From NCBI RefSeq assembly GCF_001194135.2, contig NC_069001.1:35615546-35679037 (forward strand): a DNA stretch of 63,492 nt, given 5' to 3'. Source of the DNA: Octopus bimaculoides (taxonomy: Eukaryota). Numbering within the stretch: position 1 is the first letter of the stretch; every line of letters begins with the position of its first letter. Shown here in pieces: positions 24,521-38,895 of the stretch. The translations under genes and the position numbers were made by a program. The notes beneath the pieces are model-generated. The model did not search any database, was not told the DNA's origin, and was given only the letters and a program-made list of their open reading frames with translations.

Positions 24521-25214
24521 TATTATTATTGTTGTTGTTGTTATAACCATCATCATCAAAAGATCAGGCCTTGTGACTATAATAGAAAGGATTATTATAA
24601 TTATTATCATTATTATCATTTTTATTATTAATATTATTATTGTTGTTGTTACTGTCATCATCGTCATCAGAGCTTCTTTTTGTTGTTGTTGTTTATTTTT
24701 TTTAATGATAACCAAATATGGAAACATCTTCGTATATAAAAGGACCTGCCAATCATTCAACCTTAAGGCGACTCCAACAGTTGACACAGAATAAACGGTT
24801 CTTACGTGGCGTATTTTTGTTTCTTAAATACACAGATATGCATGCAGATGCACACGCATGCACAATTGCAGCATGAGAGGCACTGTCTGTGTAGAATAGT
24901 CAGTCATAGATTCACAAAATGTCCTACATACAGACAAACCCATTCACATGCACATGCTTGCACTCCCACATGCACACAGTTGCACTTTTACGTGCTTTAT
25001 GCCACCACACGTAGCTGCATGGTGTGCAGCAGACAAACACATACAGATTCAAACTTGCGTTTATGTGTGCATGCATAAACATACCGGTGTTTATATATAT
25101 GCGTGTGTGTGTGTGTATTAGGAAAGAAACAAAGTGTGAAAGAGAAACTGCATATATATATATATATATATATATTACACACACATTCATCTTATATAGC
25201 CCGTATATATATAT

Positions 25215-25332
25215 ATCATCATCATCATCATCATCGTTTAACGTCCGCCTTCCATGCTAGCATGGGTTGGACGATTTGACTGAGGACTGGTGAAACCGGA
25301 TGGCAACACCAGGCTCCAGTCTAATTTGGCAG
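25215..25332 (-). mobile_element. RTE-tail repeat (family C), short and young-looking
   Basis: (ATC)n GTTTAACGTCCGCCTTCCATGCTAGCATGGGTTGGACGATTTGACTGAGGACTGG, nearly identical to the reverse complement of 11640-11750. Confidence 0.88.
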
Positions 25333-25940
25333 ATATATGTATATATATATATATATAAAATATATGCATATATCATAATATATATATTTATGTGTGTGTA
25401 TTTATGTATTATGGTATATATGCTATAATATATATATATATATATTATATATATGTATATATAAAGCATGTAGATACATATGAATGTTATGATATATATA
25501 TATATTATAATATATATATGTTATAATGTGTGTGTCTGTTTGTGTCTGTGTGCGTGTATAAACAGATTTATTACACATAGATTATAGATAACCTGAATAC
25601 ATATATACACACATACACATATTTTTATACAACCCACTGAGATATATCCATCTACACACACAGGTACGTACACACAGACACACAAAAACACGTATACTCA
25701 CCTCTCTCACCCATCTCTCTTAACCAAACACTATCAGATGGTGCTGCTGTCTTCTGAAGTCAAAACAAAATAAAGGGATATTCATAGAATCTCCAAGACA
25801 ATCCATTCCATTCCACTGAGTCTGTCTGACAGCCATTTAATCTTAACTTTAAAGCTGACATGGTCGTTGTCGTTGAATTAGCATGAGATTCCCCAATTCT
25901 TCAAATAAATTCCTTCCAAAATGTGTATTCATAAATCAAA

Positions 25941-25987
<47 letters not shown>

Positions 25988-26739
25988 TAACATCTGTATG
26001 CATGTATGTTTATGTGGTTATGTACACTAGGTTTTGTGGTTAAGTTAGGAGACATAATTATGAATAGATGCGTGTGTACCTGTGTATCTGTGTTTGTATA
26101 ATATTCCCATCTGAACGTGAAGAAGACTTTGCTTGAAAATAAAAGGTGTCGATTGTCTTAAGCAGCCATTTTATGATGGACATAAATGCATGTGTTGTTG
26201 TGTGAGTGACTGGTGTGATACAAGCATACAGCTTAGTTTCAAGCAGTAAGCACGAGAGCAAAGTGTGTTTGTGCATCTGTGTGTGTATATTTATATATAT
26301 ATATATATATAATAGTGTGTCTGAAAAGCTACAAACAGTGAAAAGTGCTTACACAAAATCTTCCTTCTATCAGGTCTGTGTTACCCTATGTTTTTTAAAA
26401 AAAATTTTTTAATATAATTATTAATTTTGATTCAAGAAAATCTTTTTCAAACACACTTACACATATATATGCACTCATACATATGCATACACACACACAC
26501 ACACACCTGGCTCTTTGTCAGTTAGAATGACAAACATTCCAGTTGATTTAATCTACTGAACAGCCTCCTCATGAAATTAATGTGCAAGTGGCTGAGCACT
26601 CCACAGACAAACATAATCTTAATGTAATTCTCAGAGCGATTCAGTACAACACAGAATGTGAGAATGCTGGCTTTTTGAATTATATATATATATATATAGA
26701 TATATATATACATAAATATATATATATACATTCATATGT

Positions 26740-26744
<5 letters not shown>

Positions 26745-26774
<30 letters not shown>

Positions 26775-27110
26775 TATCGTTTGATATCCACTTTTTATGC
26801 TGGCAAGGGTTGGACAGCTTGACTAAGGACTGGCGAACCAGAAGGCTGCACTAGGTTCCAATCTGATCTGGCAAATTTCTACAGCTGGATGCCCTTCCTA
26901 ACACCAACCACTCTGAGGGTGCAGTGGGTGCTTTTTACATGCCACTGGCACGAGGGCCAGTCAGGCGGTGCTGGCATCGACCACGCCTGAATGATGCTTT
27001 TTACTTGCAGCTGGCACCGGACCAGTCAGCCAGCACTCGCATCGACCACGCTCGAATGGTGCTTTTTTACGTGCCACCAGCACACGAGCCAGTCAGTATG
27101 GCCGCAGTCA
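26745..27110 (-). mobile_element. RTE-tail repeat (family C) with internal subrepeats
   Basis: (ATC)n tail, CAGCTGGATGCCCTTCCTAACACCAACC and three GCCAGTCAG...GCATCGACCACG subrepeats. Confidence 0.85.
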
Positions 27111-27879
27111 AATGACCAAAACAAGTGGAAAAAAATAGATATGTGTGTGTATGCACATGTGTGTGTGTTTGTGCATGTGTTTGTGCGCATGTGTGTGTGT
27201 ACACACTTGCATGTGTGTTTATGCATGTGTTTGTGTGTGTGTGCACGTGCACATTCAAACTCATAATGTAGTGAACCAAAACCAGTGCCACGAAGCATTT
27301 TGTCCTTGGCTCTCAACAAGCCAGAGGTGATGCTAAACTAGGTGATAGCATTGTCTGCCACCTACAAACGCACACACACCTACACATACACTCATGTATG
27401 TGAACACTCTCATTTAAAGACAACATGAGCTGTTGTAAAATGTAGTGCAGTAATTGTGCAACACTTTGAATTGAAGATAAAATTAAGAACATAACTCTGT
27501 TAATTATCTAAATGTCTGTAACGAGTTTAGTTTTAATGAGATTAGAAGTTCTCAGACTATTAACTTCATTTTCAGAGATAAAGAACTTTATTCTGATATT
27601 TATGTACATCTGTGACTACGTTCTTCAATTAGTCTGGTCGACAAACGTTGGCCAGCATTATATATTCTTCATAAAAGGGCTCACGCCAAGGTAGGATTTG
27701 AACTCACAATGTCAAGAGTTGTAACGAAAGATCTATATATAATCAAAAATTCACCTTAGGTAACTTCTTTTTAAATGATTTTCTCATTTGTTTGATGTTG
27801 AATAAAGTCTTGCCTATTTAATGTTTTTATAAAATATTTTATCATTCTTTTTTTTTAATACTTTATATATTTTTAAAAA

Positions 27880-27979
27880 GGCACCTTGGGCAAGTGTCTT
27901 CTACTATAGCCTCGGGCCGACTAAAGCCTTGTGAGTGGATTTGGTAGACGGAAACTGAAAGAAGCCCGTCGTATATATG

Positions 27980-28022
<43 letters not shown>

Positions 28023-28330
28023 TTGTCCCCCCACCATCGCTTGGCAACCAATACTGGTGTGTTTACGTCCCCGTAACTTAGCGGTTCGGCAAANNNNNNN
28101 NNNATATATATGTGTGTGTGTGTGTGTGTGTTTGTCCCCCCACCATCGCTTGGCAACCAATACTGGTGTGTTTACGTCCCCGTAACTTAGCGGTTCGGCA
28201 AAAAGAGACCGATAGAAAAAGTACTAGGCTTCCAAAGAATAAGTCCTGGGGTCGATTTTCTCGACTAAAGGCGGTGCCCCACCATGGCCACAGTCAAATG
28301 ACTGAAACAAGTAAAAGCATAAAGGAGTAA
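27880..28330 (+). mobile_element. SINE family A, 5'-truncated and spanning a gap
   Basis: Starts GGCACCTTGGGCAAGTG and ends ATGACTGAAACAAGTAAAAG. About 100 bp is duplicated across the 11-N gap. Confidence 0.9.
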
Positions 28331-28945
28331 AAGAGTATAAGTGTCTTCTCCTCTAGCCTAGCATTGATTTGGTAGACAGAAACTGAAAGAAGCACTTTGT
28401 ATATATGTATGCATGTGTGTGTGTGTCTTTGTGACTCTACCCCCACCACCAATCGTCGACAACCGGTGTTGGTGTGTTTACATCCCTGTAAGCAGTTTGA
28501 CAAAAAAGTCCAACAAAATAAGTATTAGGCGTAAAAATGAAAAGTAAGTGTAGGGGATTGATTCATTCAACTGAAACCCTTAAAGGCAGTGCCGCAGCAT
28601 GGCCAGAGACCAAAAACCAAAATTAGTAAAAGAATGCAAAAATAAATTAATAAAAGACTAAAAACAAAACTCTTTTGTCCTCCATGAAGCCACGCTGAGA
28701 AAACTTTGGGTGAGAGTGTTGGTGGTGGGTTCAATTCCAACGGCGTCTTTATGACATGTTTTTATTGAGAGGGAAATATAAATTTCATTATGAAATAATT
28801 GCTGCAATTATATTTTTATTTCCTTTTCTGAAAATGTCAACTGCTACCATTTACACTATCCTCACCCGATCATGAAGCTTAAGATAGACACACAGACAGA
28901 CAGATGTTCTTCTGTCTGTTTTTCTGGGTTGGTTTTTAAGACTTT

Positions 28946-29005
<60 letters not shown>

Positions 29006-30226
29006 CTCTTCTTTTATTACAACCGGAAGCCAAGCAGAAAATTTTTCGACTGAAAATATCATGGTTTTTTTTTAATGTTTTATTTCAATTTTTTTTTCTA
29101 ATGTTATTTGATAAACTAAAATGAAAAAAAAACATATAAATAATTAAATGTGAAAATATTTGTATAGATGTTTTTTAACTCATAAGCACATATACATACA
29201 TGTGTGTGTATATAAATGTGTGTGTGTGTATTTGCAGGTGTCTGTGTGTTAAAATAATGACACAACGGTAGTCCTGTTTCCTTCACTTTAGAATTCGTAT
29301 CATCATCTTCATCGTCATCGTCCTCATCATAATCATCATTGTCATCATCATCACAGATGGAAATGATTTCCAGCAACTGGGGGAAATCAGCCAGTGATAG
29401 CCTGACTTCCTCTCCAGGGGAATGAAGAGCGTTATACTCTCAGTCATTTTGAATGCCTCAGAAACTACCATAGCTTCTGATCTATTGAACCATTAGTGGT
29501 CCAGATAAACTTCAGCTTTAATAATTTTAATTAATCAAAATTAATGACATTGTAATTGAGTTCAAATCCCACTGACAGCCTTTGACATCTTCTATTCAAA
29601 GGGCCTTTTAACCCAATATTTACATGCTGTCATTTATATAGCATTTATTAGGGTGTTCAACTGGCAGAATAATTAACATGTCTTGCAAAATGCTTAGCGA
29701 TATTTCATGTCTTTACAATCTGGGTTCAACTTCCACCACAGTCCTGGGATTAATTTCTTCGACTAAAGGCGGTGCTCCAGCATGGCCGCAGTCAAATGAC
29801 TGAAACAAATAAAAGAATAAAACAATAAAACAATAAAAGAATGATGATCATGATCATGATGGTGATGATGATGACTCCACTTTCTCCACTCCAAAAAAAC
29901 ATATCCCTGGTTTCCATAGGAACAGATTATAAAACTAAACTATTCCAAACAGAACCTACGTTTTTCTTTGCGTTATTTTATGCATTGTCATGGAAACCAG
30001 ACAACAAGGCGGCAGTTACTGCACCATCTTATTTGCTGCTGGTGCTGCATCTTCAGTGGCAACTTGCTGCTGCTGCTGCTGCTGATGATGAGGATGATGA
30101 TGATGATGATGATTATGCTGTGGTTGCTGTTGCTGCAGTTGATCTTCCTGCTAAATATGTATATGTGTGTCTATGTAAGTATGTGTGTGTGTCTGTGTCT
30201 GTGTGTGTATGTGTGTGTGTTTATAT

Positions 30227-30274
<48 letters not shown>

Positions 30275-30465
30275 CTGTACTGTAAAATTTATAGGAAGTT
30301 CTTGAAGATGAAAGCATGGAGATTAGGTCTTGGTAGCATGTTTCCTATTATGGTAGTGTTGTTTAACCCTAGGTCAGTCCTGAATGACCAGTTAATATCA
30401 TCAAAGGTGTTCCGATTCTCACTATGATATGTATGTATGTATATATATATATATATGTGTGTGTG

Positions 30466-30549
<84 letters not shown>

Positions 30550-31710
30550 TACAGATAGATAGATAGATAGATAGATAGAATTGACGACATTCTTTATCTA
30601 AAATCACTACAATTGTTTCAACATATTTTTGCACCTTTAGGACATTGGTGAGACGTTATGTAATCATTATCTTACACCCAAGTTGTAAAATGTATGATGA
30701 CATCAGGTAGCCAATAACTGTGGACAAGCTTTGTGTAACATTCGACAAGATATTCACACAAATCTTACTTAGCTATATATATATCCTCTCTCTCACTTAC
30801 CTCTGCTTTTCACTTAGCGCTCGCGCGCGCTCGCGCTCGCGTATGTTTACCTCCCCCACCACTGCTTGGATACTGGTACTGGTGTGAACACATGCACATT
30901 TATGCAAATGTATAAAACACACACATATGCACATTTAACTATATGCAAATTGACTGCATACATACACACATTGATGCACGCATTTGTATATACACACACA
31001 TATATAAACATGTAACCATGTACACAAACAAATACTTACATATACATACATGTAAATGCATATAGACACACACTTATATGCATCCATGAACACTTGTATA
31101 TAAATTTAAATATATGTAAATTAAGAGAAAGCTATACAACCATTCATACAAGCATTTATATGAATACATGTATGTACACACACACACACACACACACTGA
31201 ACCGCACATGCACGTGCACACGTTTAGTGAGAAACATGCTCACACATACCCATACATACACACATGTATGCACACAGACAAACATCCATATATGAACACG
31301 CGTGAATGCACACATACTCGCACAGATTTTAAACTCACATCAAACCACATGCACACACATACACATAGACAGAAACACACACACAGACCCATACAAAACT
31401 TAGACACCCCCCCCCATACATACACACACAAATCTTAGACAGAAACACATACATACACACACACACATTCTGACAAACACGCTTACACACATTTGTACAT
31501 TTAATTACGTCTATTTTACTTAGACAGTTCAATTTAAAAGTGAAAGTAGATTTTGCCAGCATTGCAAAGAAGCCAGAGATGCAAAGAAGAAGATGAAGGA
31601 CTACACTGCATTCGTTATTGTCATTGGAGAAGAAATTTTAGCTCCAATGGCTACGTCGGCTTTCTTTAAATGTACCATTGTGTATTGAAGAGCTTTTAAA
31701 CCACTCTTAC

Positions 31711-31832
31711 AAACAACAGCATCCGATTTGATTGTCTCGGAATAGTCATGTCAGCATCAAGGGACTTAAATCTGTTATGAGACAACAGGCAACTATTAGA
31801 GGCAGCTCCAACCTCCTCCCACCCTGACTCTT
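31711..31832 (-). CDS. Candidate internal exon, 122 nt ((E)ESGWEEVGAASNSCLLSHNRFKSLDADMTIPRQSNRMLLF), unknown gene
   Basis: Long polypyrimidine tract plus TTTCACAG| acceptor, TTT|GTAAGA donor and one open frame. No homology recognised. Confidence 0.25.
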
Positions 31833-31998
31833 CTGTGAAAGCAACAAAGACAGGGAAGAAGAAGGAAGATGAGGTGACACGAGAAGAGGACCTCTGGGCG
31901 ATAATGAAGTTCTGTGACATATTAGCGTGTTTCAGGATGGAAATTCTGGTGGGAAATAATATATTTATGTTATGTGTATCCATTTATCTATCTATCTG

Positions 31999-32071
<73 letters not shown>

Positions 32072-32594
32072 TTATTTATCTATCTATCTATCTCTATCTA
32101 TCTACCTTTGTACATACATATACATATATATGTCTGGACGTTGTCTATTCATCCACCTGTCTCTGTCCTTCTCTCTCTCTCTCTCTCCCACACACACACA
32201 CACACATATATTAGTGGATGTGGGCATATACACCATTCCATTAGAGTATATCTGTCTGTCATCTTCATGCCTGCTTTTCCATGCTTTTATGAGTCAGATG
32301 AATTCCACTGAGGCAGATTTTTCTACGGCTGGATGCCCTTCCTGTCACTTGTTTCCAAGCACTGTAACATTTTTCCATGGCCAGACAAAGCATCTTTTTT
32401 GGGGGGTGGTGGGAATGGAAACAAACTACAGCAATTGTGTCATGACACATGAGGGGAAGAAAGAAGAGGAGGGGAAGAAAATAAGAAAGAGAAGGAGAGA
32501 AAGAAACAAAGAAGGTGGGGGTGGAGGAGAAGAATTAATAAACACCCTTCCGTTAATTTTCTGTGGTGGTATTTGAAGGTAATTCTCTTATCTT

Positions 32595-33000
32595 TTATCC
32601 TTTACTTATGCTAGTCATTAGATTTGTGGCCATGCTAGGGCACTACCTTGAAGAATTTTTAGTCAAACGAATCAAGCCCAATATTTTATTTTAAGCCTGG
32701 TGCTTATTTTATTGGGCTCCTTTACCAAACCGCTAAGTCACAGGGATGTAAATATACCAACACCGGTTACCAGGTGGTGGTGAAGAACACACAAACATAA
32801 CAACACTCACACACACACAAACACACACACACACATACAATGAGCTTCTTTCAGTTTCTCTCTACAAAATCCACTTACTAGCTTTTGGTCAGCCTAAAGC
32901 TTTTTACAGAAGATGCTTGCCTAAGGTGCCACACAGTGGGACTGAACCCAAATCCATGTGTTCAGGAAGTAAACTTCTTACCACACAGCCACACCTGCTT
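32595..33000 (-). mobile_element. SINE family A
   Basis: Reverse complement of the tail (GTGGCCATGCTAGGGCACT), core (GCTTGCCTAAGGTGCCAC) and head (CTTCTTACCACACAGCCACACCTGC). Confidence 0.82.
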
Positions 33001-33678
33001 CTATTCTCAACTATCCCTGAAAAGAATTTTGTACCCTTAAGTCAGAAAGCATTGATCTAATAAAATACATAGTCTATTTGTTATCCCCTTTTTCATTTTT
33101 TGTTTTCAAGCCACCGCTTTCTCTCCAGGGGTTGTATTCTGCACCACCTGGTTACAATTTCATAATTTCAGCTCTTATTACCCCAAATATTATGTTGTGG
33201 TCAGTGATTTAGAAAAGGCTGATCAATCACAAACCACACCCTAACATCATGAAGAAGAAAAAAAAAATGGATACATTCATTAATGTATTCTGTGGTACAC
33301 AATGCCCGAAACAACCCCCCCCCCCAAAAAAAAAATTTTTTTTTTAAAAAGAGAGAGAGAAAGCATGGATGGTCATAGTCGGAATGCTTTTGATCCTAGG
33401 TTTGCTTGTTCCAGGTTGACCTGGAGCTAAATGATAATATCAATAACAACAATGACCACCACTGACCAATATACCTGCTCAGTTCATTATGCTTGACTGA
33501 ACACAAAATGAGGTTTCACCACCACCACCACCACTTCATGGTTGAATGGCCAGTTGTAGGCTGGGAATCCAGCTGTACAAACATTTCCTCCAATATACAT
33601 TACATACATGTGTGTATATCTGTGTGTGTGTATATAAATACAGAGAGAGACAGATGTGTATATATGTATATATGAGTG

Positions 33679-33763
<85 letters not shown>

Positions 33764-33828
33764 TTATATGTGTATATGTACATGTGTATATATTTATGTA
33801 TATATATGTGTATGCGTATTTACATATA

Positions 33829-33861
<33 letters not shown>

Positions 33862-33959
33862 TTGTATATGTATGTATATATATGTATAGAGATATACACA
33901 TATATACAAATATATATATATATATACATTCATACATATATATATATAGAAATATATAG

Positions 33960-34001
<42 letters not shown>

Positions 34002-35190
34002 ACATATATATATATACACACACATATAAATATACACATGCATACAAATATATGTGTATGTGTGTTTATGTATGTATACACATACATGGGCACTCAGACA
34101 TTCCATTCCACTCAAACAAAAAAACTAGAGCGAAAAAAAGAAAAAAAAATAGATGTAAAAACAAAATAAACACAAGATTCAGTGAAATACACAATATAAG
34201 GACAAGTGTAAATTTGTCTGCCCCAGCATGGGCACAGCCTCTGGCTGATACAAATAAAAGATAAAAAAGAAAACAAGCAACAAATAGTTTAGAGAAAATA
34301 TTATTCTTCATGAAGTGACATGTAACATTGTACAAGGAAGGGGTCCAATCCCTGTAAGGGGCCAGGTACCAGCAAGGATTCAGATCATAGCTAGAGGTCA
34401 AACCTCCACCCTTAAAAAAAAAAACCCTTTAACTTATGATTTAGCTGTACCCTTTAAATGATGATGACGATGATGATGTGGTAGTCATGACTGGAACAAC
34501 TTCGATCATAAATCTGCCAGGTGACGGTTTACCTGGGGTTAAATACCATGACAGGAGGGAGAAGAAAACAGCTGGGTGAAGGTGAAATTTGAATAAGGCA
34601 ATGAAAGAAGACCTAAAACAAACAAACAAACAAGACATGGGGGGGAGTGAGATGAGGTGGGAGTGGGAGGAAAAGAAAGGAGGAGGGTGGGNNNNNNNNN
34701 NNNNNNNNNNNNNNNNNNNNNNNNNNNNNNNNNNNNNNNNNNNNNNNNNNNNNNNNNNNNNNNNNNNNNNNNNNNNNNNNNNNNNNNNNNNNNNNNNNNN
34801 NNNNNNNNNNNNNNNNNNNNNNNNNNNNNNNNNNNNNNNNNNNNNNNNNNNNNNNNNNNNNNNNNNNNNNNNNNNNNNNNNNNNNNNNNNNNNNNNNNNN
34901 NNNNNNNNNNNNNNNNNNNNNNNNNNNNNNNNNNNNNNNNNNNNNNNNNNNNNNNNNNNNNNNNNNNNNNNNNNNNNNNNNNNNNNNNNNNNNNNNNNNN
35001 NNNNNNNNNNNNNNNNNNNNNNNNNNNNNNNNNNNNNNNNNNNNNNNNNNNNNNNNNNNNNNNNNNNNNNNNNNNNNNNNNNNNNNNNNNNNNNNNNNNN
35101 NNNNNNNNNNNNNNNNNNNNNNNNNNNNNNNNNNNNNNNNNNNNNNNNNNNNNNNNNNNNNNNNNNNNNNNNNNNNNNNNNNNNNNNNNN

Positions 35191-35253
<63 letters not shown>

Positions 35254-35424
35254 ATATGCAAGTGAATAAACAGAAGTTCTACAGTTACATTGTTTTCTGT
35301 AGAATTAATAAACAGAATTACTATAGTATATACACACGCACACACATATATATATATATGTATGTGTATATGTATATATTGCTGGGTGTCGCTGTATATA
35401 TGTGTGTCTCTCTCTATATATATT

Positions 35425-35486
<62 letters not shown>

Positions 35487-35577
35487 CAAGACAAATGAAA
35501 CGATACAAAATATAAAGATTAATCACAAACCGATTTCCTTGTTACCACTTACGTAATTACTTAATGAGTTTAAATTT

Positions 35578-35880
35578 GTGTGGCACCTTGGGCAAGTGTC
35601 TTCTACTGTAGGCTCAGGCCAACCAATGTCTTGTGTGTGAATTTGGTAGGTGGAAACTAAAAGAAGCCTATCGTGTATATATATACATGTATTTATTTTT
35701 GTGTTTGTCTTTGTCCTCCCACTGTCACTTGATAACCAATGTTGGTGTGTTTATGTCCCTGTAACTTAGCAGTTCAGCAAAAGAGACCAATAGAATAAGT
35801 ACTAGGCTTACAAAGCATAAGTCTTGGGGTCAGTTTGTTTAACTAAAGGTGGTGCTCCAGCATGGCCCCAGTTGAAACAA
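35578..35880 (+). mobile_element. SINE family A, 5'-truncated
   Basis: TGGCACCTTGGGCAAGTGTCTTCTACT ... GGTGCTCCAGCATGGCC. Confidence 0.85.
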
Positions 35881-36934
35881 CCCTTACTGGAAAATTATTG
35901 TCAGGCTGTTCTAATCCAGGTCACCTCTAATAAGACTAATCCAAGTCATCTAAAGGTCATTGAATCGACAATATATCTTCCAAGATATATTACTGGACGG
36001 GTGTTAATATGTGCCGAATCTTATGCTAATTTTGCTGGCATTAAATGATTGCAAACACCTGTCCACATTTGACCAGTTGCCAGTTCGTTACAATGTTTTT
36101 AAGAAAGTTTTTTTGTATTATTATTATTTACTTGTCTGTTTTTGACCCTGGAGGGAATATTTTAACACAACTCTGCAAACTTGTAAAACCTTCATCAATT
36201 ATGCAGTGTTTCTGCTATTTGCCGCAGTGAACTGTGTCTGTTTGGACAATACAGCTGGGATGGGATGCTGCATTTTTTTAATTGTCTTTGTCAACGGCGC
36301 AAGCAAACATAGGACCGTGCTCACGATGGGACTGTGAACTGCTGATCTTTCCAGTCAATGGGGAAGGTCACCACCCAGAGGAATTTACCAACTTGTCTTG
36401 CAGCAACCAGGATATAAAAAAAGGAAATATAATACAGCCGGGATTTTTCTCTTCGGGGCAAAATGTGATATATAAATAAAGGTTTTCTGGGGTTTTTTTT
36501 TCTATTTTACTTCTTTTTCGGTTCAATCCCACATTGAACAAATGTTTTCTACTCTAACCCTGGTTTGTTTGGGTATTGACTTTCTTTTAGTTGTTTGAGT
36601 GTGACCATGCTCGAGCACTGCTTTGAAAGGTGAACAAATCGACCCAAGATTTTTTGTTTTTGTTTTTGGTAAAGTTTATTCTGCTACTATTTTATAAGTC
36701 CTTTTCATATGCCAAGTCTTGTGACTGAATATGGTGGATGGAAACTGAGTGGAAGCCCATTGCATATATAATGTGTGTGTGTGTGTGTGTGTGTGTCTTG
36801 CCACTTGACAACCAGTGTTGGTTTGTTTGTGTCTCAGTAATTTAGCAGTTCAGCAAAAGAAACTGAGAGAATCCCACACCCCCACACCCCATAGCTTTCT
36901 GACGGTTAAATGACAAGTATTCCCGTTGACCCAA

Positions 36935-37198
36935 AAAGCAAAATAGCCTGCTCATGAAATTAAGTGGCTGAGTACTCCACAGACACATGTACCTTTAACG
37001 TAGTGCTCAGGGAGAGTCAGCATGACACAGAGTGGGACAAGGCTGGCCTTTTTGAATTACAGGTACAACTCATTTTTGCCAGCTGAGTGAACTGAAGAAA
37101 TAAAGTGTCTTGCCCAAGGACACAACACGTCACCAGGAATCGAACTCACAACCTTATGTTCATGAACCAGATACCCCTAACCACTAAGCCATGTACCT
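36935..37198 (-). mobile_element. tRNA-derived SINE family D (Meta/CORE-like GTGTCCTTGGGCAAGACAC domain)
   Basis: GTGTCTTGCCCAAGGACAC, B-box complement GGAATCGAACTC and A-box complement CTAACCACTAAGCCA. Confidence 0.8.
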
Positions 37199-38244
37199 GA
37201 CAAAATGTACCAGACTTCTAAAAAGCGAAGTAAATACTAGAGTTGGTTTGTATGACTTAACTCTTCCAGGCAGTGCCCCAGCATGGCCACAATCCAATGA
37301 ATGAAACAAGCCAAAGATAAAAGGTAGAAAAAATATCATTCACACCTACACACATGTGCAGACAGATGCAGCGCAAACACTTTACAGACAGAGTAAATCT
37401 TCTGATTTCTCAAAATCTACAGACAAATTCATTGACTATCTTGATTCTGAATCTTTGGTCAAAATTATCAGACATTTATATTTTTATTTCTTTTTATTTT
37501 ACTTCATTTAGTTTTTCAATGTGTTTCTTATAAATTTTATATTTTTGACGCCTCACATTTCCTTTTATCTTTCACCGTTTCTAAACCGTCTCAAAGAAAT
37601 TGTCCGTCCGAAACATGAAACAAAAAAAAACAACAAAAATTGTCAGGAGGTGATTCACTATATTGTATTTTGAGCACCGGTTCTACCAAATTTTCCACTG
37701 ATTCATCCAGATTTTTATTGCAGTGTTACCGACAATATAACAATGTTTTGTTGTTTTCTTCGTCTGAAATAAGATGAGAAAGATAAATAAAGAAACAGAT
37801 ATCATAGAATAATAGGTTTTTTTTTTTTTGCCATTTTTTATTTTTATTTATTTATTCTTTTTTTTTTGATAATATTCAAACAATAAACAAGAAATGCAGG
37901 GAAAAGTAAATCTGAACAGGATATGAGATGTAAAAATATCATTAAACTAAGGTGCAGGCATGGCTATGATAAGAAGCTTGCTTCCCAGTTGCATGGTTCC
38001 TGGTTCAGTCCCACTGCATGGCATCTTGGGCAAGTGTCTTCTACAATAGCCTTGGGATTTGGTAGATAGAGACTTAAAGAAGCCTATTGTATACATATAT
38101 TCTTTTATTCTTTCATTTGTTTCAGTCATTTGACTGCGGCCATGCTGGAGCACTACCTTTAGTCAAACAAAGCCTATTTTATCGGTCTCTTTTGCCAAAT
38201 TATTCGAATTAATAACTCATATATATATATATATATATATATAT

Positions 38245-38530
38245 CTTCATCATCATCATCATCATCATCATTTAACATCCACTTTTGACTGAGGACTGGT
38301 AAGCCAGAAGGCTGGACCAGTCTCCAATCTGATCTGGCAAAGTTTCTACAACTGGATGCCCTTCCTAACGCCAATCACTCCGAGAGTGTAGTGGGTGCTT
38401 TTACATGCTACTGGCACAAGGGCCAGTCAGGTGGTACTGGCATCGACAATGCTCAAATGGTGCTTTTTACATGCCACCTGCACAGGAGCCAGTCCAGCAG
38501 CACTAGCAACAACCACACTCGAATGGAGGC
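38245..38530 (-). mobile_element. RTE-tail repeat (family C)
   Basis: (ATC)n TTTAACATCC...CTGGATGCCCTTCCTAACGCCAATCACTCCGAGAG plus subrepeats. Confidence 0.85.
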
Positions 38531-38823
38531 AGTCAACGATATATATATATATATATAATTATGTGTATTTCTTCTATCTTAATGAATAAAAATTCTTCTG
38601 ATAGAATAAATGGTTTAATAGAAACCAATAACCTTATCCATCTATTGTTTTCATAATCGGTCATAATGTCTTACGTTTACGATGATTCCCATGCTTTCCT
38701 TGATGAGAAGGTTACAATTTTAATATCAAAGATCCCTATGGATCACACAGGTTGTAATCCTTTGAAACATATGTAGGAATAAAGTATGCAATTATAACAT
38801 GCGTTCTCTCCAATCCTTAAATT

Positions 38824-38871
<48 letters not shown>

Positions 38872-38895
38872 CAGTATTTTAATAAAGTTGTCTGG

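Noticed and set aside
27975-28202. Identical duplication of about 100 bp across an 11-N gap (similar cases at 41420-41545, 51008-51078, 59107-59185)
   Set aside because: Exact or near-exact repeats on either side of 9-11-N gaps are typical unmerged contig overlaps.
31580-31740. KKADVAIGAKISSPMTIT resembling the glutamate-receptor S1 motif
   Set aside because: The spacing is wrong, the frame is closed by stops on both sides, and no other receptor motifs are present.
35900-36420. Possible transposase relic on the minus strand (RHSSLRQIAETLHN, FLKNIVT, VLCLLAP)
   Set aside because: Only short, frame-scattered resemblances to mariner or piggyBac motifs. A BLASTx search is needed before calling it.
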